Below are positions 20,946 to 29,781 of a stretch of 64,000 nucleotides of DNA, in pieces. Made by a program: the position numbers and the translations under genes. Source of the stretch: an uncultured delta proteobacterium (lineage in GTDB: Bacteria > Myxococcota_A > Polyangia > Polyangiales > Houyiibacteriaceae); the NCBI GenBank assembly GCA_963699755.1, contig CAVOVB010000001.1, positions 896,001-960,000 on the forward strand, read 5' to 3'. The notes below the pieces were generated by a model. The model saw only the letters and a list, made by a program, of their open reading frames with translations, was not told the DNA's origin and searched no databases. Each line of letters starts with the position of its first letter. Within the stretch, counting starts at the first letter, position 1.

Positions 20946-22445
20946 CTAGGTGTCGCCTACGTGTTTGGCTACGGTGCGACGGTCGATGCCCAGGACTTCG
21001 CCGGCGCGGCTGTAGCTGCCCTGTCGTTCGTAGACCCAGCGACTGTAGACACCGACCACCTGGTCGAGGGTGGCGTTGGCGCTTCGCATCTGTTCGACGA
21101 GGGAGTCGAGGGGGCCGCCCTCTTGGGGGCCCTTTGCCGGGAGGTACTGCCCATGTATCAAGAGGTTCCGGACGCACTGCTCGAGCTCGCGAATGTTGCC
21201 GGGCCATGGGTAGTCATCGCCGACGCTTCGCTCGATCCCGGACATGACCTCCTCGAAGCTCGCGCGATCCGCATCGCCCAGCGCGCGTTGAATCAGCACC
21301 TCGACCAGGTGACCCAGCTCGCCACGGTCGCCGGCAAGCTGCTCCTTGAGCGAAGGCGTCCGGATCACGTCCGCACAAAGGCGATAGTACAGGTCCTCGC
21401 GAAAGCGCCCCATTTGCATTTCACGCGACAGGTCTCGGTTGGTAGCGGCCACTACTTTGCCGCCGAAGCTTCTCGCTTCGCTGTCTCCCAGTCGGTGAAA
21501 CGTCCGCGACTGCAAGACCCTCAGTAGCTTCACTTGCACTTCCCGATCGAGCTCGCCGATCTCGTCCATGAAGATCGTTTCGCTCGACGACCGCCCTTCG
21601 AGGTGGCCCATGCGATCCGCGTTTGCCCCCGTGAACGCGCCTTTCTTGTGCCCAAAGAGCTCTGATTCGATCAGCGTCTTCGACATCGCCGCGAGATGAA
21701 GCGGATGGAACGCCGTTCGGAAGTCGCGAGCGAAGCGGCGTCTCTGGGCATCGAAGGGGATGAATGACGAGAAGCCGATCGCGCTCGCAACGAGCTCTTT
21801 ACCGGTTCCGGAGGGCCCCAAGATCAAAGTGCTCGCCTCATGCATGCGACCTTGGAGCTGACGCAAATAGCGCCAGGGGTCGTGCGTGAACAAAGACTCC
21901 CAGACAGTCGCCCGCAACCTCGCCGCAGCGACCGAGGTGCCTAGGATCTGATGGAAGACGAAGTGAAAGGCGCGCCGTGTCTGAAAGAAGAGCGCGAACA
22001 AGTCGGCGGGCTCGCGCGCCCAAGCAGGTGGGCCCACGTGCCGAAACAGCTCACCGAAGTCGTTCTCGAACGCCTCGTAGCAGCCTACGGCCTCCGTGGG
22101 AGCGTCCGCGATGATCGATTCGTAGAGCGCGGCTTCGTGCCGGTAGTAGAGGACGTACAACGCGACCCCTCTAATCAGCGCGCGGTCCGCTTCGCTGTAT
22201 CGTGTGCCGTTCTCGAAACCGGCCTGCGCGGCCGCCATCTCCCGTTCGGCTTCTTTCTGAATCGCTGGGAGCGCCGGATCCCCGAGCGGCCAGTCCAGGG
22301 CCCGACTCCAGGGGGAGGATCGCGCCACCCGCTCGCCCACGATGACCGCCTCGAGCTTCGGCCGCTCCGGGCCAAATGGATTGGTGAAGCCCAGCTCCCC
22401 AATCGCGCTTAGGCGGGCAGCCTTCTGGGAGTCGAACATGTGCAT
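20946..22445 (-). CDS. Sigma54-dependent enhancer-binding protein (PspF-like position) with unrecognised N-terminal domain
   Basis: GPSGTGKE, ESELFGHKKGAFTGA, FMDEIG, FREDLYYRL and WPGNIRELE motifs with a C-terminal Fis-type HTH. No receiver motifs in the N-terminal ~200 aa. Confidence 0.92.
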   Translation of the reverse strand: MHMFDSQKAARLSAIGELGFTNPFGPERPKLEAVIVGERVARSSPWSRALDWPLGDPALPAIQKEAEREMAAAQAGFENGTRYSEADRALIRGVALYVLYYRHEAALYESIIADAPTEAVGCYEAFENDFGELFRHVGPPAWAREPADLFALFFQTRRAFHFVFHQILGTSVAAARLRATVWESLFTHDPWRYLRQLQGRMHEASTLILGPSGTGKELVASAIGFSSFIPFDAQRRRFARDFRTAFHPLHLAAMSKTLIESELFGHKKGAFTGANADRMGHLEGRSSSETIFMDEIGELDREVQVKLLRVLQSRTFHRLGDSEARSFGGKVVAATNRDLSREMQMGRFREDLYYRLCADVIRTPSLKEQLAGDRGELGHLVEVLIQRALGDADRASFEEVMSGIERSVGDDYPWPGNIRELEQCVRNLLIHGQYLPAKGPQEGGPLDSLVEQMRSANATLDQVVGVYSRWVYERQGSYSRAGEVLGIDRRTVAKHVGDT

Positions 22446-22527
22446 AAAGCGTACAGGATTTGTGCATTCTATGTATCGTTCTGGGATGTCTGAGCCCCTT
22501 TCATCAATGTTTTCGATGTCTTATATC

Positions 22528-22544
22528 TTGGCACGCTCCCTGCT
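22528..22544 (+). promoter_or_regulatory. Sigma54 (-24/-12) promoter of the pspA-like operon
   Basis: TTGGCACGCTCCCTGCT: GG at 22530-31 and GC at 22542-43, the canonical spacing, divergent from a GAFTGA activator. Confidence 0.85.
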
Positions 22545-22566
22545 CTATCGGCCGCAGGAGGTATCG

Positions 22567-23202
22567 ATGAATCGAATGAAGCGATGGACGATGAGTGTGA
22601 CGAGCTGGGTCGATGGGGTGCTCGCCCAGGTGGAGAACCACGACGCGGCGGTGAGCGCGGCGATCGGCCGGGTTCGCCAATCCACGGCTCGGGCGCGCGT
22701 TCAGCTCAAACGGGTGGAACGCGACCAGGAAGGCCTGAGGCAGAGCCTCGCTCGGGAAGAGCAGGCGGTCGAAGCTTGGCGCCGCCGGGCGAAGTCCGCC
22801 GACGACGAGGAGGTCGCACTCGAATGCATGCGCCGGTTCAAAGCATCCGAGCGTCGGCTCCAGCAGCTACGGCAGCGGCTGGTGGAGCACGAGCGTTCTC
22901 ACAAAGAGCTCAGCGAAGGCATCCGGATGTTGAACGCGCGTCTCTCCGAGCTCACCGAACGCAAGAACCTGATGCGCACCCGCCAATCACGCGCGGAGGC
23001 CGCTCACGGCATGGCGAGCACCGCCGGACCGATCGGCGACCTCGAGGACGTCTTCGACCGATGGGAGACGCGGGTCGGTGAGATCGAGATCGCGTCGAAA
23101 TGCGCAGAGCCGATCGACGCATTCGAAGCCGAGCTCGAGTCGATCGACGAGAGCGCCGATCTTCGGCTCGAGCTCGAAGAGCTGCGCGCAGAGGAGATCT
23201 AG
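22567..23202 (+). CDS. PspA/IM30 (ESCRT-III-like) coiled-coil protein
   Basis: ~211 aa, all helical; WRRRA...DEEVALEC, LSELTERKNLM and FDRWETRV pattern typical of PspA; CAGGAGG RBS before ATG 22567. Confidence 0.8.
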   Translation: MNRMKRWTMSVTSWVDGVLAQVENHDAAVSAAIGRVRQSTARARVQLKRVERDQEGLRQSLAREEQAVEAWRRRAKSADDEEVALECMRRFKASERRLQQLRQRLVEHERSHKELSEGIRMLNARLSELTERKNLMRTRQSRAEAAHGMASTAGPIGDLEDVFDRWETRVGEIEIASKCAEPIDAFEAELESIDESADLRLELEELRAEEI

Positions 23203-23210
23203 AGAGCGCC

Positions 23211-24467
23211 ATGGACACCCGACTTCAACGACTCTTTCAAATGTTGCGTTGGTTTGGCGCGGCGATGATCGTCGCCGCTGCAGGAACGTTCCTGGTTCAA
23301 AGCTGGGAACAGGTGGGCGACGTAACCCGCTACCTCGCGCTCCTCGGCATGACAGCGCTTCTGCCGGCGCTCGCCTACATCTGCGGCATTCGATTGCAGG
23401 AAGGCCGGACCGCGCGCGTCCTGATGCTCACCCTCCTCGCGCTCGTCCCGATCCACGCAGGCCTGCTCGGAGGCTTCGTCTTGTCGCAGTTTGGGACGAC
23501 GACCAGGACCCTCGGGCCCGTGGCACAGTGGGTCGCGCCCAGCCCGCAGGCGGCGCTCCTGCTCGTCGCTGGCGCTGCAGTCGCCTTGATTCCTTTGATT
23601 TGGGCGGCCTTCCGAGTCCTCTCGCGTCCTCACGCGCGCCTGCTCAGCACAGCAAGCGCGGCGAGTCATGCGCTCTTGCTTGTTCCCGATCGCAGCGCTC
23701 TTGCCGCAACCCTGATCATCGTTCCCATGCTTGGAGCCACGGCTTGGTGTGCTGCTCGCATCAAGCCGCAAACCCTCGAGTCACGACTCGCGGTCGCCTC
23801 CCTCGTGGTGCCGGCCGCGGTCCTCGCAGCGCGCCAAGTTCTCTTCTACGATGTCTCGAGCACATTCTGGGGGACCCTCTTGGGAACCGCGGCCATCGCG
23901 CTCTTCACACTCGGAAAAGAGATCGCTGATGGAACGATCGAACGATTCGCAATCGTGCCAACCCTCCTTTGCATCGCTGCCTTCATCGATGCGACTGTCC
24001 CCTTGTGGGCGCCCAGGTCGCTGTCGAGCACTTGGCTGATATACGGTCTCTTCTCGGCCGTTCCGCTGCTCGGATTCGCCTGGACCAGTGTGCGCTCGAA
24101 GGCGTTTTTCCTGGGAGCCGCAGTGATCCTGAACGCGACCACGGCAACCACCACCCTGCTCCTGGCCCCGCGCGCCTGGGCGGCCCTTGAGGCCATCGCC
24201 CTTGGCCTCGGCGTCTTGAGCTACGGTTTCGTGAAAGGCCGGCGCGTCCCCCTCTATGCGGGGATCGCACTCGCCGGCTTCGGCTTCGTCATCGAAGTCG
24301 TCCACGCCATCGAAGCCTTCGAGGCCAGCGGCTGGCTGGCGCTCGCCAGCTTCGGCGCGGCGCTGCTGGGGCTCAGCGCCTGGCTGGAGCGCCGGGCGCG
24401 ATCGGTCCGTCACGCCGGGGCCGCTGCCAATCTGTCCCGGCCGGTTTCGGGCGGCCTGTCACAATGA
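23211..24467 (+). CDS. Polytopic membrane protein of unknown function
   Basis: Many hydrophobic helices; starts 8 nt after the pspA-like stop. Confidence 0.8.
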   Translation: MDTRLQRLFQMLRWFGAAMIVAAAGTFLVQSWEQVGDVTRYLALLGMTALLPALAYICGIRLQEGRTARVLMLTLLALVPIHAGLLGGFVLSQFGTTTRTLGPVAQWVAPSPQAALLLVAGAAVALIPLIWAAFRVLSRPHARLLSTASAASHALLLVPDRSALAATLIIVPMLGATAWCAARIKPQTLESRLAVASLVVPAAVLAARQVLFYDVSSTFWGTLLGTAAIALFTLGKEIADGTIERFAIVPTLLCIAAFIDATVPLWAPRSLSSTWLIYGLFSAVPLLGFAWTSVRSKAFFLGAAVILNATTATTTLLLAPRAWAALEAIALGLGVLSYGFVKGRRVPLYAGIALAGFGFVIEVVHAIEAFEASGWLALASFGAALLGLSAWLERRARSVRHAGAAANLSRPVSGGLSQ

Positions 24468-24532
24468 CAGTCAAGCATGCGAAAACGGCCACGTTTCGCT
24501 CGAAATCAAACGGTAAATCGGTGTCCGGGGCG

Positions 24533-24549
24533 CTGGCACGGCGCCTGCA
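24533..24549 (+). promoter_or_regulatory. Second sigma54 (-24/-12) promoter
   Basis: CTGGCACGGCGCCTGCA: GG at 24535-36 and GC at 24547-48, just upstream of ATG 24565. Confidence 0.75.
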
Positions 24550-24564
24550 TGACCCAGAGCAGTC

Positions 24565-25005
24565 ATGAAGCGAACGGGTTTCTATCTCCTTGTCATCCTC
24601 TCGATCGCGGTCGGGGTCGCTCTGGTGGCCGACGCCATGGTGGTCACCGACCGCGAACGAATGGATGAGTTCATCGACTCGGTGACAGGACGGATTTCCG
24701 GAACGCGGATCGACAACGCGTTGCGCTACGCGAATCCCTCGAAGGTGACGGTCGAGCTCGTGCACGACGGCCACAGCCGTCGCTACAGCGACCGCAACGC
24801 TGCCGCACTCAAGCCTGACGCTCGCAAAGCCTTGGCCTCGCTCGAAGGCTCGAGGCTCCACCTCATCCAGGAAAGCGTCTCGCTCGATGGCGAGCGTGCA
24901 CGCATCGCACTGCGCCTTCGCACCGACGCCGGGCTCGCCAACACCGTCTTCGATCTCCGTCGACAAAACGACGAGTGGATCCTCCGTCGCGTGATCGTCA
25001 ACTAG
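24565..25005 (+). CDS. Exported or membrane-anchored hypothetical protein (possibly NTF2-like fold)
   Basis: N-terminal hydrophobic helix, then an alpha/beta domain ending LRRQNDEWILRRV. Confidence 0.7.
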   Translation: MKRTGFYLLVILSIAVGVALVADAMVVTDRERMDEFIDSVTGRISGTRIDNALRYANPSKVTVELVHDGHSRRYSDRNAAALKPDARKALASLEGSRLHLIQESVSLDGERARIALRLRTDAGLANTVFDLRRQNDEWILRRVIVN

Positions 25006-25292
25006 CTCGGCTCGAAACAAACGTCCGCCGCGCGGACTCCGCGCACGCGCAGCACCTTGATGCGCGCACGGGCGCCACGAACGATCTCGACGTCGGACTT
25101 CGACACGCCAAGCGCCTTAGCGAGGAGCTTCCGGAGGGATTCGTTTGCCGCGCCATCGACCGGCGGCGCGCTGAGCGCAACTTTGAGCGCGCCATCTTGA
25201 ACACCGATGACCCGAGTGCGACTCGCGCGCGGCGCAACCCGCACCTCGAACGTGACCGAACCATCCTGTTCCCGAATGTCGAGCTCGCTCAT
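25002..25292 (-). CDS. DUF167/YggU family protein
   Basis: VRVAPRASR, APPVDGAAN and IVRGARARIK motifs; ATG at 25292. Confidence 0.9.
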   Translation of the reverse strand: MSELDIREQDGSVTFEVRVAPRASRTRVIGVQDGALKVALSAPPVDGAANESLRKLLAKALGVSKSDVEIVRGARARIKVLRVRGVRAADVCFEPS

Positions 25293-25346
25293 CGCAGAAC
25301 CAAGCCCACTTGACCCCTGGGCCGAACCCAGCGAGATTTCCGCGCG

Positions 25347-26360
25347 ATGCATCCGGTCTTGTTCAGCATTCCAACGCCCTGGGGCGCGATTCCCATTTAC
25401 TCCTACGGCGTGATGTTGGGAAGCAGCCTGCTCTTTGCCTGGTACTACATCCTGTACATGGGCAAGAAGGTCGAGGGCTACAACCGAGAGCTGCTCGCGA
25501 GCTGCTTCACCTGGACCGCCGTCGGCGCGATCGTCGGTGCCCGTCTGCTCTACATCCTCACCAACCCGGACTCCTACGACAGCTTCGCGTCCTGGTTCGA
25601 CCTTCGCTCGGGCGGCCTGGTGGCCTACGGCGGTTTCCTCGGCGGCTTCGTCACGGCCTTGATCTTCTGGCGAATCAAGAAGATTCCTCTCCTCCCTTTC
25701 GCCGACATCGCCGTGCCCACGCTCGCATCGGGGCTCATGCTCACGCGCGTGGGCTGCTACCTCTACGGATGTGACTACGGTCGTCCGCTCGAAGAGAGCG
25801 CGCCCGGCTGGCTGCAGAGGGCAGGGACCTTCCCGAAGTGGGACAGCGATGCTTATCCGTCGTTTGCCTGCGACCAGACGATCAACGGCTCACCCGCGTA
25901 TCAGCACCATCTAGAAGAATACCCCGACCTCATGGTCGATCGCCTGAGCTCGCTCGCCGTGCACCCGACGCAGATCTACGAATCGATCGCCGGCCTCGCG
26001 CTTTTCATCTTCGCTACCTGGCTGCTCACCCACCGCAAATTCCGGGGCCAAGTTCTCGTGACGGTCGCGGCGCTCTACGGCGTTTGGCGCTTCTTCATCG
26101 AATACCTGCGCGACGACCTCGGTCGCGGCTCTGCTTTTGGCTTCTCGACTTCTCAACTGATCTCGATGGCGCTGATTCCGGTCTGCATCATCGCCTATGT
26201 CCACCTCAAAAAGCGCGCTGACGAGAAGGGCGACATCGAGCTCCCGCCCTGGGCGCGCCATGCCGCTAGCGAAGCTGCTGCACAAGCGACGGGCGCAAAG
26301 AGCAGCCGTCCCGAGAAGTACAGGCCCAAGAAGATCAAGAAGCTCAAAAAGAAGAGCTAG
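25347..26360 (+). CDS. lgt: Prolipoprotein diacylglyceryl transferase
   Basis: YSYGVM, GARLLY, GGLVAYGG, RVGC, HPTQIYE and RFFIEYLR motifs. Confidence 0.93.
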   Translation: MHPVLFSIPTPWGAIPIYSYGVMLGSSLLFAWYYILYMGKKVEGYNRELLASCFTWTAVGAIVGARLLYILTNPDSYDSFASWFDLRSGGLVAYGGFLGGFVTALIFWRIKKIPLLPFADIAVPTLASGLMLTRVGCYLYGCDYGRPLEESAPGWLQRAGTFPKWDSDAYPSFACDQTINGSPAYQHHLEEYPDLMVDRLSSLAVHPTQIYESIAGLALFIFATWLLTHRKFRGQVLVTVAALYGVWRFFIEYLRDDLGRGSAFGFSTSQLISMALIPVCIIAYVHLKKRADEKGDIELPPWARHAASEAAAQATGAKSSRPEKYRPKKIKKLKKKS

Positions 26361-26366
26361 CCGCGG

Positions 26367-27284
26367 TCACTGTTCGCTGGGCTGCTTGGCGCGGTTGAAC
26401 GCTTCGAGCACGCGCGGCGAAGTGCGCACCGTGTCGAGCTCGAGGTTTGGCTGAAGGGCGAGGGCTGCGCGAAACGACGCTTCGGCGAGGTCTGCGCGTT
26501 CGAGGGCAACGTAGGCCACCGCCAGCTCCTTCTCGATGGTCACCAGCTGTGTCGAGCTCAGGCCCTGCGTCCCGAGAAGCCGGTTCCCAAGGGCCACCGC
26601 TTCGGCGAACTGGGCTTTTTCCACCTGTTGAATGAGCTCCGGGAGCGAGCTCTCGACTTCATCTTGCGCCTCTTTGGCCGCTCCGCCCGCGGCAGCAAGC
26701 AGAAACGCCGACGAGGCCTCGGTCTGACCTTCGCCCGCGAGCCTCAAGTCGAACAAGGGGACCAAGACGACCTGGCCGCGCTCGATTCGCGCGCCCGGAT
26801 TGAAGCTTCGTATGCGCTTCACCGACAGTGGGCTGTCGGGCATGTACATCTTCGCGATGGTCGCGAGCGTCTCGCCCGGCCCCACGACGTGGCGTAGCGG
26901 GTAGGGGACCAGAAGCTCGGCCCCTTCATCGGGTTCGAGGCGCCGGTTGCCCTTGTTCGCCTCGATCAAAGTCGCCGCCCTCGACGGCAGCCCATAAAAC
27001 CGGGTGGCGATCGACTTCCAAGTGTCGTCCTTGGCTACGCGGTAGAAGCTGACCATCGGAATGAAGATCCAGCTCCCGGGCAAGAGGCCCTTGGTCCCGG
27101 CACCCTTCGTCGGGTTCGCTTCACGTAAGACCGCGTCACGCGTGGGATCTCCATAGTAGCGCTGCGCGATCGACGCGAGGGTGTCACCCTCCTGCACCGC
27201 GTGCGTGTACACCGGTTGCGCTCCTGCGCCTGCAGACAGGCCAAAAGCCACGACGAGCAAAGCGGACGCCAAGCCTCGCTTCAT
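26367..27284 (-). CDS. Secreted protein with three LysM domains and a C-terminal TPR-like region
   Basis: Signal peptide; HAVQEGDTLASIA, YRVAKDDTWKSIA and HVVGPGETLATIA repeats. Confidence 0.85.
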   Translation of the reverse strand: MKRGLASALLVVAFGLSAGAGAQPVYTHAVQEGDTLASIAQRYYGDPTRDAVLREANPTKGAGTKGLLPGSWIFIPMVSFYRVAKDDTWKSIATRFYGLPSRAATLIEANKGNRRLEPDEGAELLVPYPLRHVVGPGETLATIAKMYMPDSPLSVKRIRSFNPGARIERGQVVLVPLFDLRLAGEGQTEASSAFLLAAAGGAAKEAQDEVESSLPELIQQVEKAQFAEAVALGNRLLGTQGLSSTQLVTIEKELAVAYVALERADLAEASFRAALALQPNLELDTVRTSPRVLEAFNRAKQPSEQ

Positions 27285-28609
27285 GGCGTTACCTCAGGCT
27301 CGTCAGCCACCGCAATCGGCTCCGAGAGGGTTGCCCGGTCGTGCATCGTCTCCCCTGCGCGGATGACGATCTCATGCTCGACTGCTGCAAAGTACGGATT
27401 GCCGTACTTCACGTAGTGGCGGCCAGGTTGCAAAGGGATCGCGCGCGCGGACGGAGTCGTCAGCACGTGCTGCCCGTCCACGTATACGTGCGCCCAGGGG
27501 TCGGCACTGACGGTGAGAAACCCAGCCTCCGCAGGACTCAGGGCCGGGGGTGCTTGACCGGGCGATGGGCCCGACCATCGGCCGCTCGCCGCCTGTACGC
27601 TGAGCCCCAACGTCACCAGCACCAGCAGCGCCGCCGCTTGCCATTTCGCGACCTTTCGCAAGAAATTGCCGTTGCGCCGTCCAATTCGAAGGGCGCGTGG
27701 CGCCACGGCGGAGAGCACCTCGTCGGTCTGGTCGCTGGTCATGACGCCGATCTCGTTCAGGAACATGACCAGACGCGCGTTGTGGCTCATCTGCACGCGC
27801 GGTGCGAGAAACTCCGCCAGATCGTCGATCAGCGCCTGGGTGGTCGGATAGCGATTTGCCGGCATTTTCTGCAGGCAGCGGGCCATGATCCGTTCGAGCT
27901 TTCGCGGCACATCGACGCCAAGCCTCTTGGTCGCCTCGTAGCGGTCGAGGCGGATCTTCTGCATGACCGTGCGTGCCTCGTCCTCGACGAAGGGCTTGCG
28001 CCCCGTGAGCATCTGGTAGAGCACGATGCCAACCGAGAAGATGTCGCTCCTGAAGTCGAGCTTGTCGCCGAGAATCTGCTCTGGGCTCATGTAGCTCGGC
28101 GTGCCGAGGCCTGTTCCGGTCTCGGTCAGATCGCCAAATCGCTCGTGCCGTGCGATGCCGAAGTCCATCACCTTCACATCCCCCTGCATCGACACCATGA
28201 TGTTTGCAGGCTTGATGTCGCGATGAATGATCCCGCGGAAGTGTGCGTAGTCGAGGCCTCGGGCGAGCTGGAGCGTGATGATCGCAGCGATGTCGGCGGG
28301 AAGGCGCGGCGAGCGCTCGAGCAAATCGTAGAGGTCGATCCCGTCGACGTACTCCATGATGATGAACATCGAACGCCCATCTTTGATGAAGTCGATGACG
28401 TGAAGGATGTTCTCGTGCTGGAGCGACGCCATGAAGTGCGCCTCGCGTTCGAAGCGCTCCGCGAATTGGCTGTCGATCGCGATTGAAGGCTTGAGCGCCT
28501 TGATCGCGACGCGTCGATTGAGCGGCTCCTGGATCGCTTCGTAGACGACAGCCATGCCACCGCTGCCGATTTCGCCGAGAACGCGACAAGTTCCGATTCG
28601 CTCCACCAT
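27281..28609 (-). CDS. Ser/Thr kinase with TM helix and PEGA-like domain
   Basis: GSGGMAVVY, HRDIKPANI, DFGIAR and GTPSYMSPEQ motifs; ADPWAHVYVDG PEGA-like motif. Confidence 0.93.
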   Translation of the reverse strand: MVERIGTCRVLGEIGSGGMAVVYEAIQEPLNRRVAIKALKPSIAIDSQFAERFEREAHFMASLQHENILHVIDFIKDGRSMFIIMEYVDGIDLYDLLERSPRLPADIAAIITLQLARGLDYAHFRGIIHRDIKPANIMVSMQGDVKVMDFGIARHERFGDLTETGTGLGTPSYMSPEQILGDKLDFRSDIFSVGIVLYQMLTGRKPFVEDEARTVMQKIRLDRYEATKRLGVDVPRKLERIMARCLQKMPANRYPTTQALIDDLAEFLAPRVQMSHNARLVMFLNEIGVMTSDQTDEVLSAVAPRALRIGRRNGNFLRKVAKWQAAALLVLVTLGLSVQAASGRWSGPSPGQAPPALSPAEAGFLTVSADPWAHVYVDGQHVLTTPSARAIPLQPGRHYVKYGNPYFAAVEHEIVIRAGETMHDRATLSEPIAVADEPEVTP

Positions 28610-28680
28610 CGCGATCCATCAAGCTAGGTGGGGGGTCGGGCGGTGTCAACGATCGCCAAAAGTTTCGAGAGAGCCGACAC

Positions 28681-29781
28681 TTAGGGCGGAGATTGAGCTT
28701 CTCCTCGTGGGAGCACACAAAGCCCGCGTTCGAGTCGATCGAGGCCTCCGCGGCCGTCCCGAACGACGAAGTTGAAGCGGACCAGCGCACCGTCTTCCGG
28801 CACCTTGGAGTAGGGGAGCCACTGAGTGAGAATCGAAGCGCTGGCCGCTGTGGAAGACGGGCATTCCGTGATGAACGAGAAGGCGACCTCGAAGCCGCCT
28901 CCATCGGCAAGCCAGCTCACCTGGATCTCCTCGCTGAATTCGACGTCATCGATCGTGAACGACTGAAGGCTCTCGCAGGGCACGCTGAGGTTGATGCTCG
29001 ATGCCGCGCTCCCTTCGACGGGATGCTTGTCGCGCTCTTCTTTGCTGAGCCCATCGAGGTCGGCCCTGCAGCCGGTGAGGGGTGCGTCGCGGGCCACGCC
29101 ATCTGCGTAAGGCGGCGGCCACGTCTTGCCGTCCAGAAAGACGTTGCGGATCTCGGGGTTGAGGTTGGGATCCTCGGCATCCCGCTCGATCGGAATCTGA
29201 ACCGTCACGAACCTCCCAACCATGCGCTTATCGTCGTAGACGATGGGCTCCCCATTGGCGTCCTCGCAGGGCACGAGATCGTCGGTCTCGCCCAAGAGAA
29301 AACGAACGATCGCGTCGGCCGAAGGCACACCCTCGCCGCACACAACCCCTTGAAGAAGCACCTCCCTGGCCTCGACCGCGTCGAGCTCTTCTTCGGAAGG
29401 CACCTGAAATCGGACGACGGGCAAGGCAAACGGGTCGCTGGGCGGCGGCCCGCTGCACCCGTCACATGCCTCGATCAAGGTGCCGCAGATCGGCACGCCG
29501 ATGCGCGTGGGTGTGGGAACGCAGGCGAGGAAGGCCCAGGTCAGGAGCGGGGGGGTCAATGCAGGGTCCTCGGGTTGGTCGGAGGGCGGGGCTCCTCGAT
29601 CGATCACCAAGATCGAAGCCTGCACGCCGTCACCAGGGCTCGGGTTGGCACGCCCGGGCGCCCCCTCGACGTCGATCCGAGCGCCGACGACCCGCAGGTC
29701 GTTGACCGCCGAGGCCGGAGGGAAGCTCTCGCTACACGCCATCGCCAAGCACAAGAGAATCGAACCGAGCGCGCGTCTCAC
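28681..29781 (-). CDS. Cys-containing lipoprotein partner of a TonB-dependent receptor
   Basis: GTG start overlaps the receptor stop (GTGA); lipobox-like LAMAC; C-terminal VVRDGRGG. Confidence 0.75.
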   Translation of the reverse strand: MRRALGSILLCLAMACSESFPPASAVNDLRVVGARIDVEGAPGRANPSPGDGVQASILVIDRGAPPSDQPEDPALTPPLLTWAFLACVPTPTRIGVPICGTLIEACDGCSGPPPSDPFALPVVRFQVPSEEELDAVEAREVLLQGVVCGEGVPSADAIVRFLLGETDDLVPCEDANGEPIVYDDKRMVGRFVTVQIPIERDAEDPNLNPEIRNVFLDGKTWPPPYADGVARDAPLTGCRADLDGLSKEERDKHPVEGSAASSINLSVPCESLQSFTIDDVEFSEEIQVSWLADGGGFEVAFSFITECPSSTAASASILTQWLPYSKVPEDGALVRFNFVVRDGRGGLDRLERGLCVLPRGEAQSPP

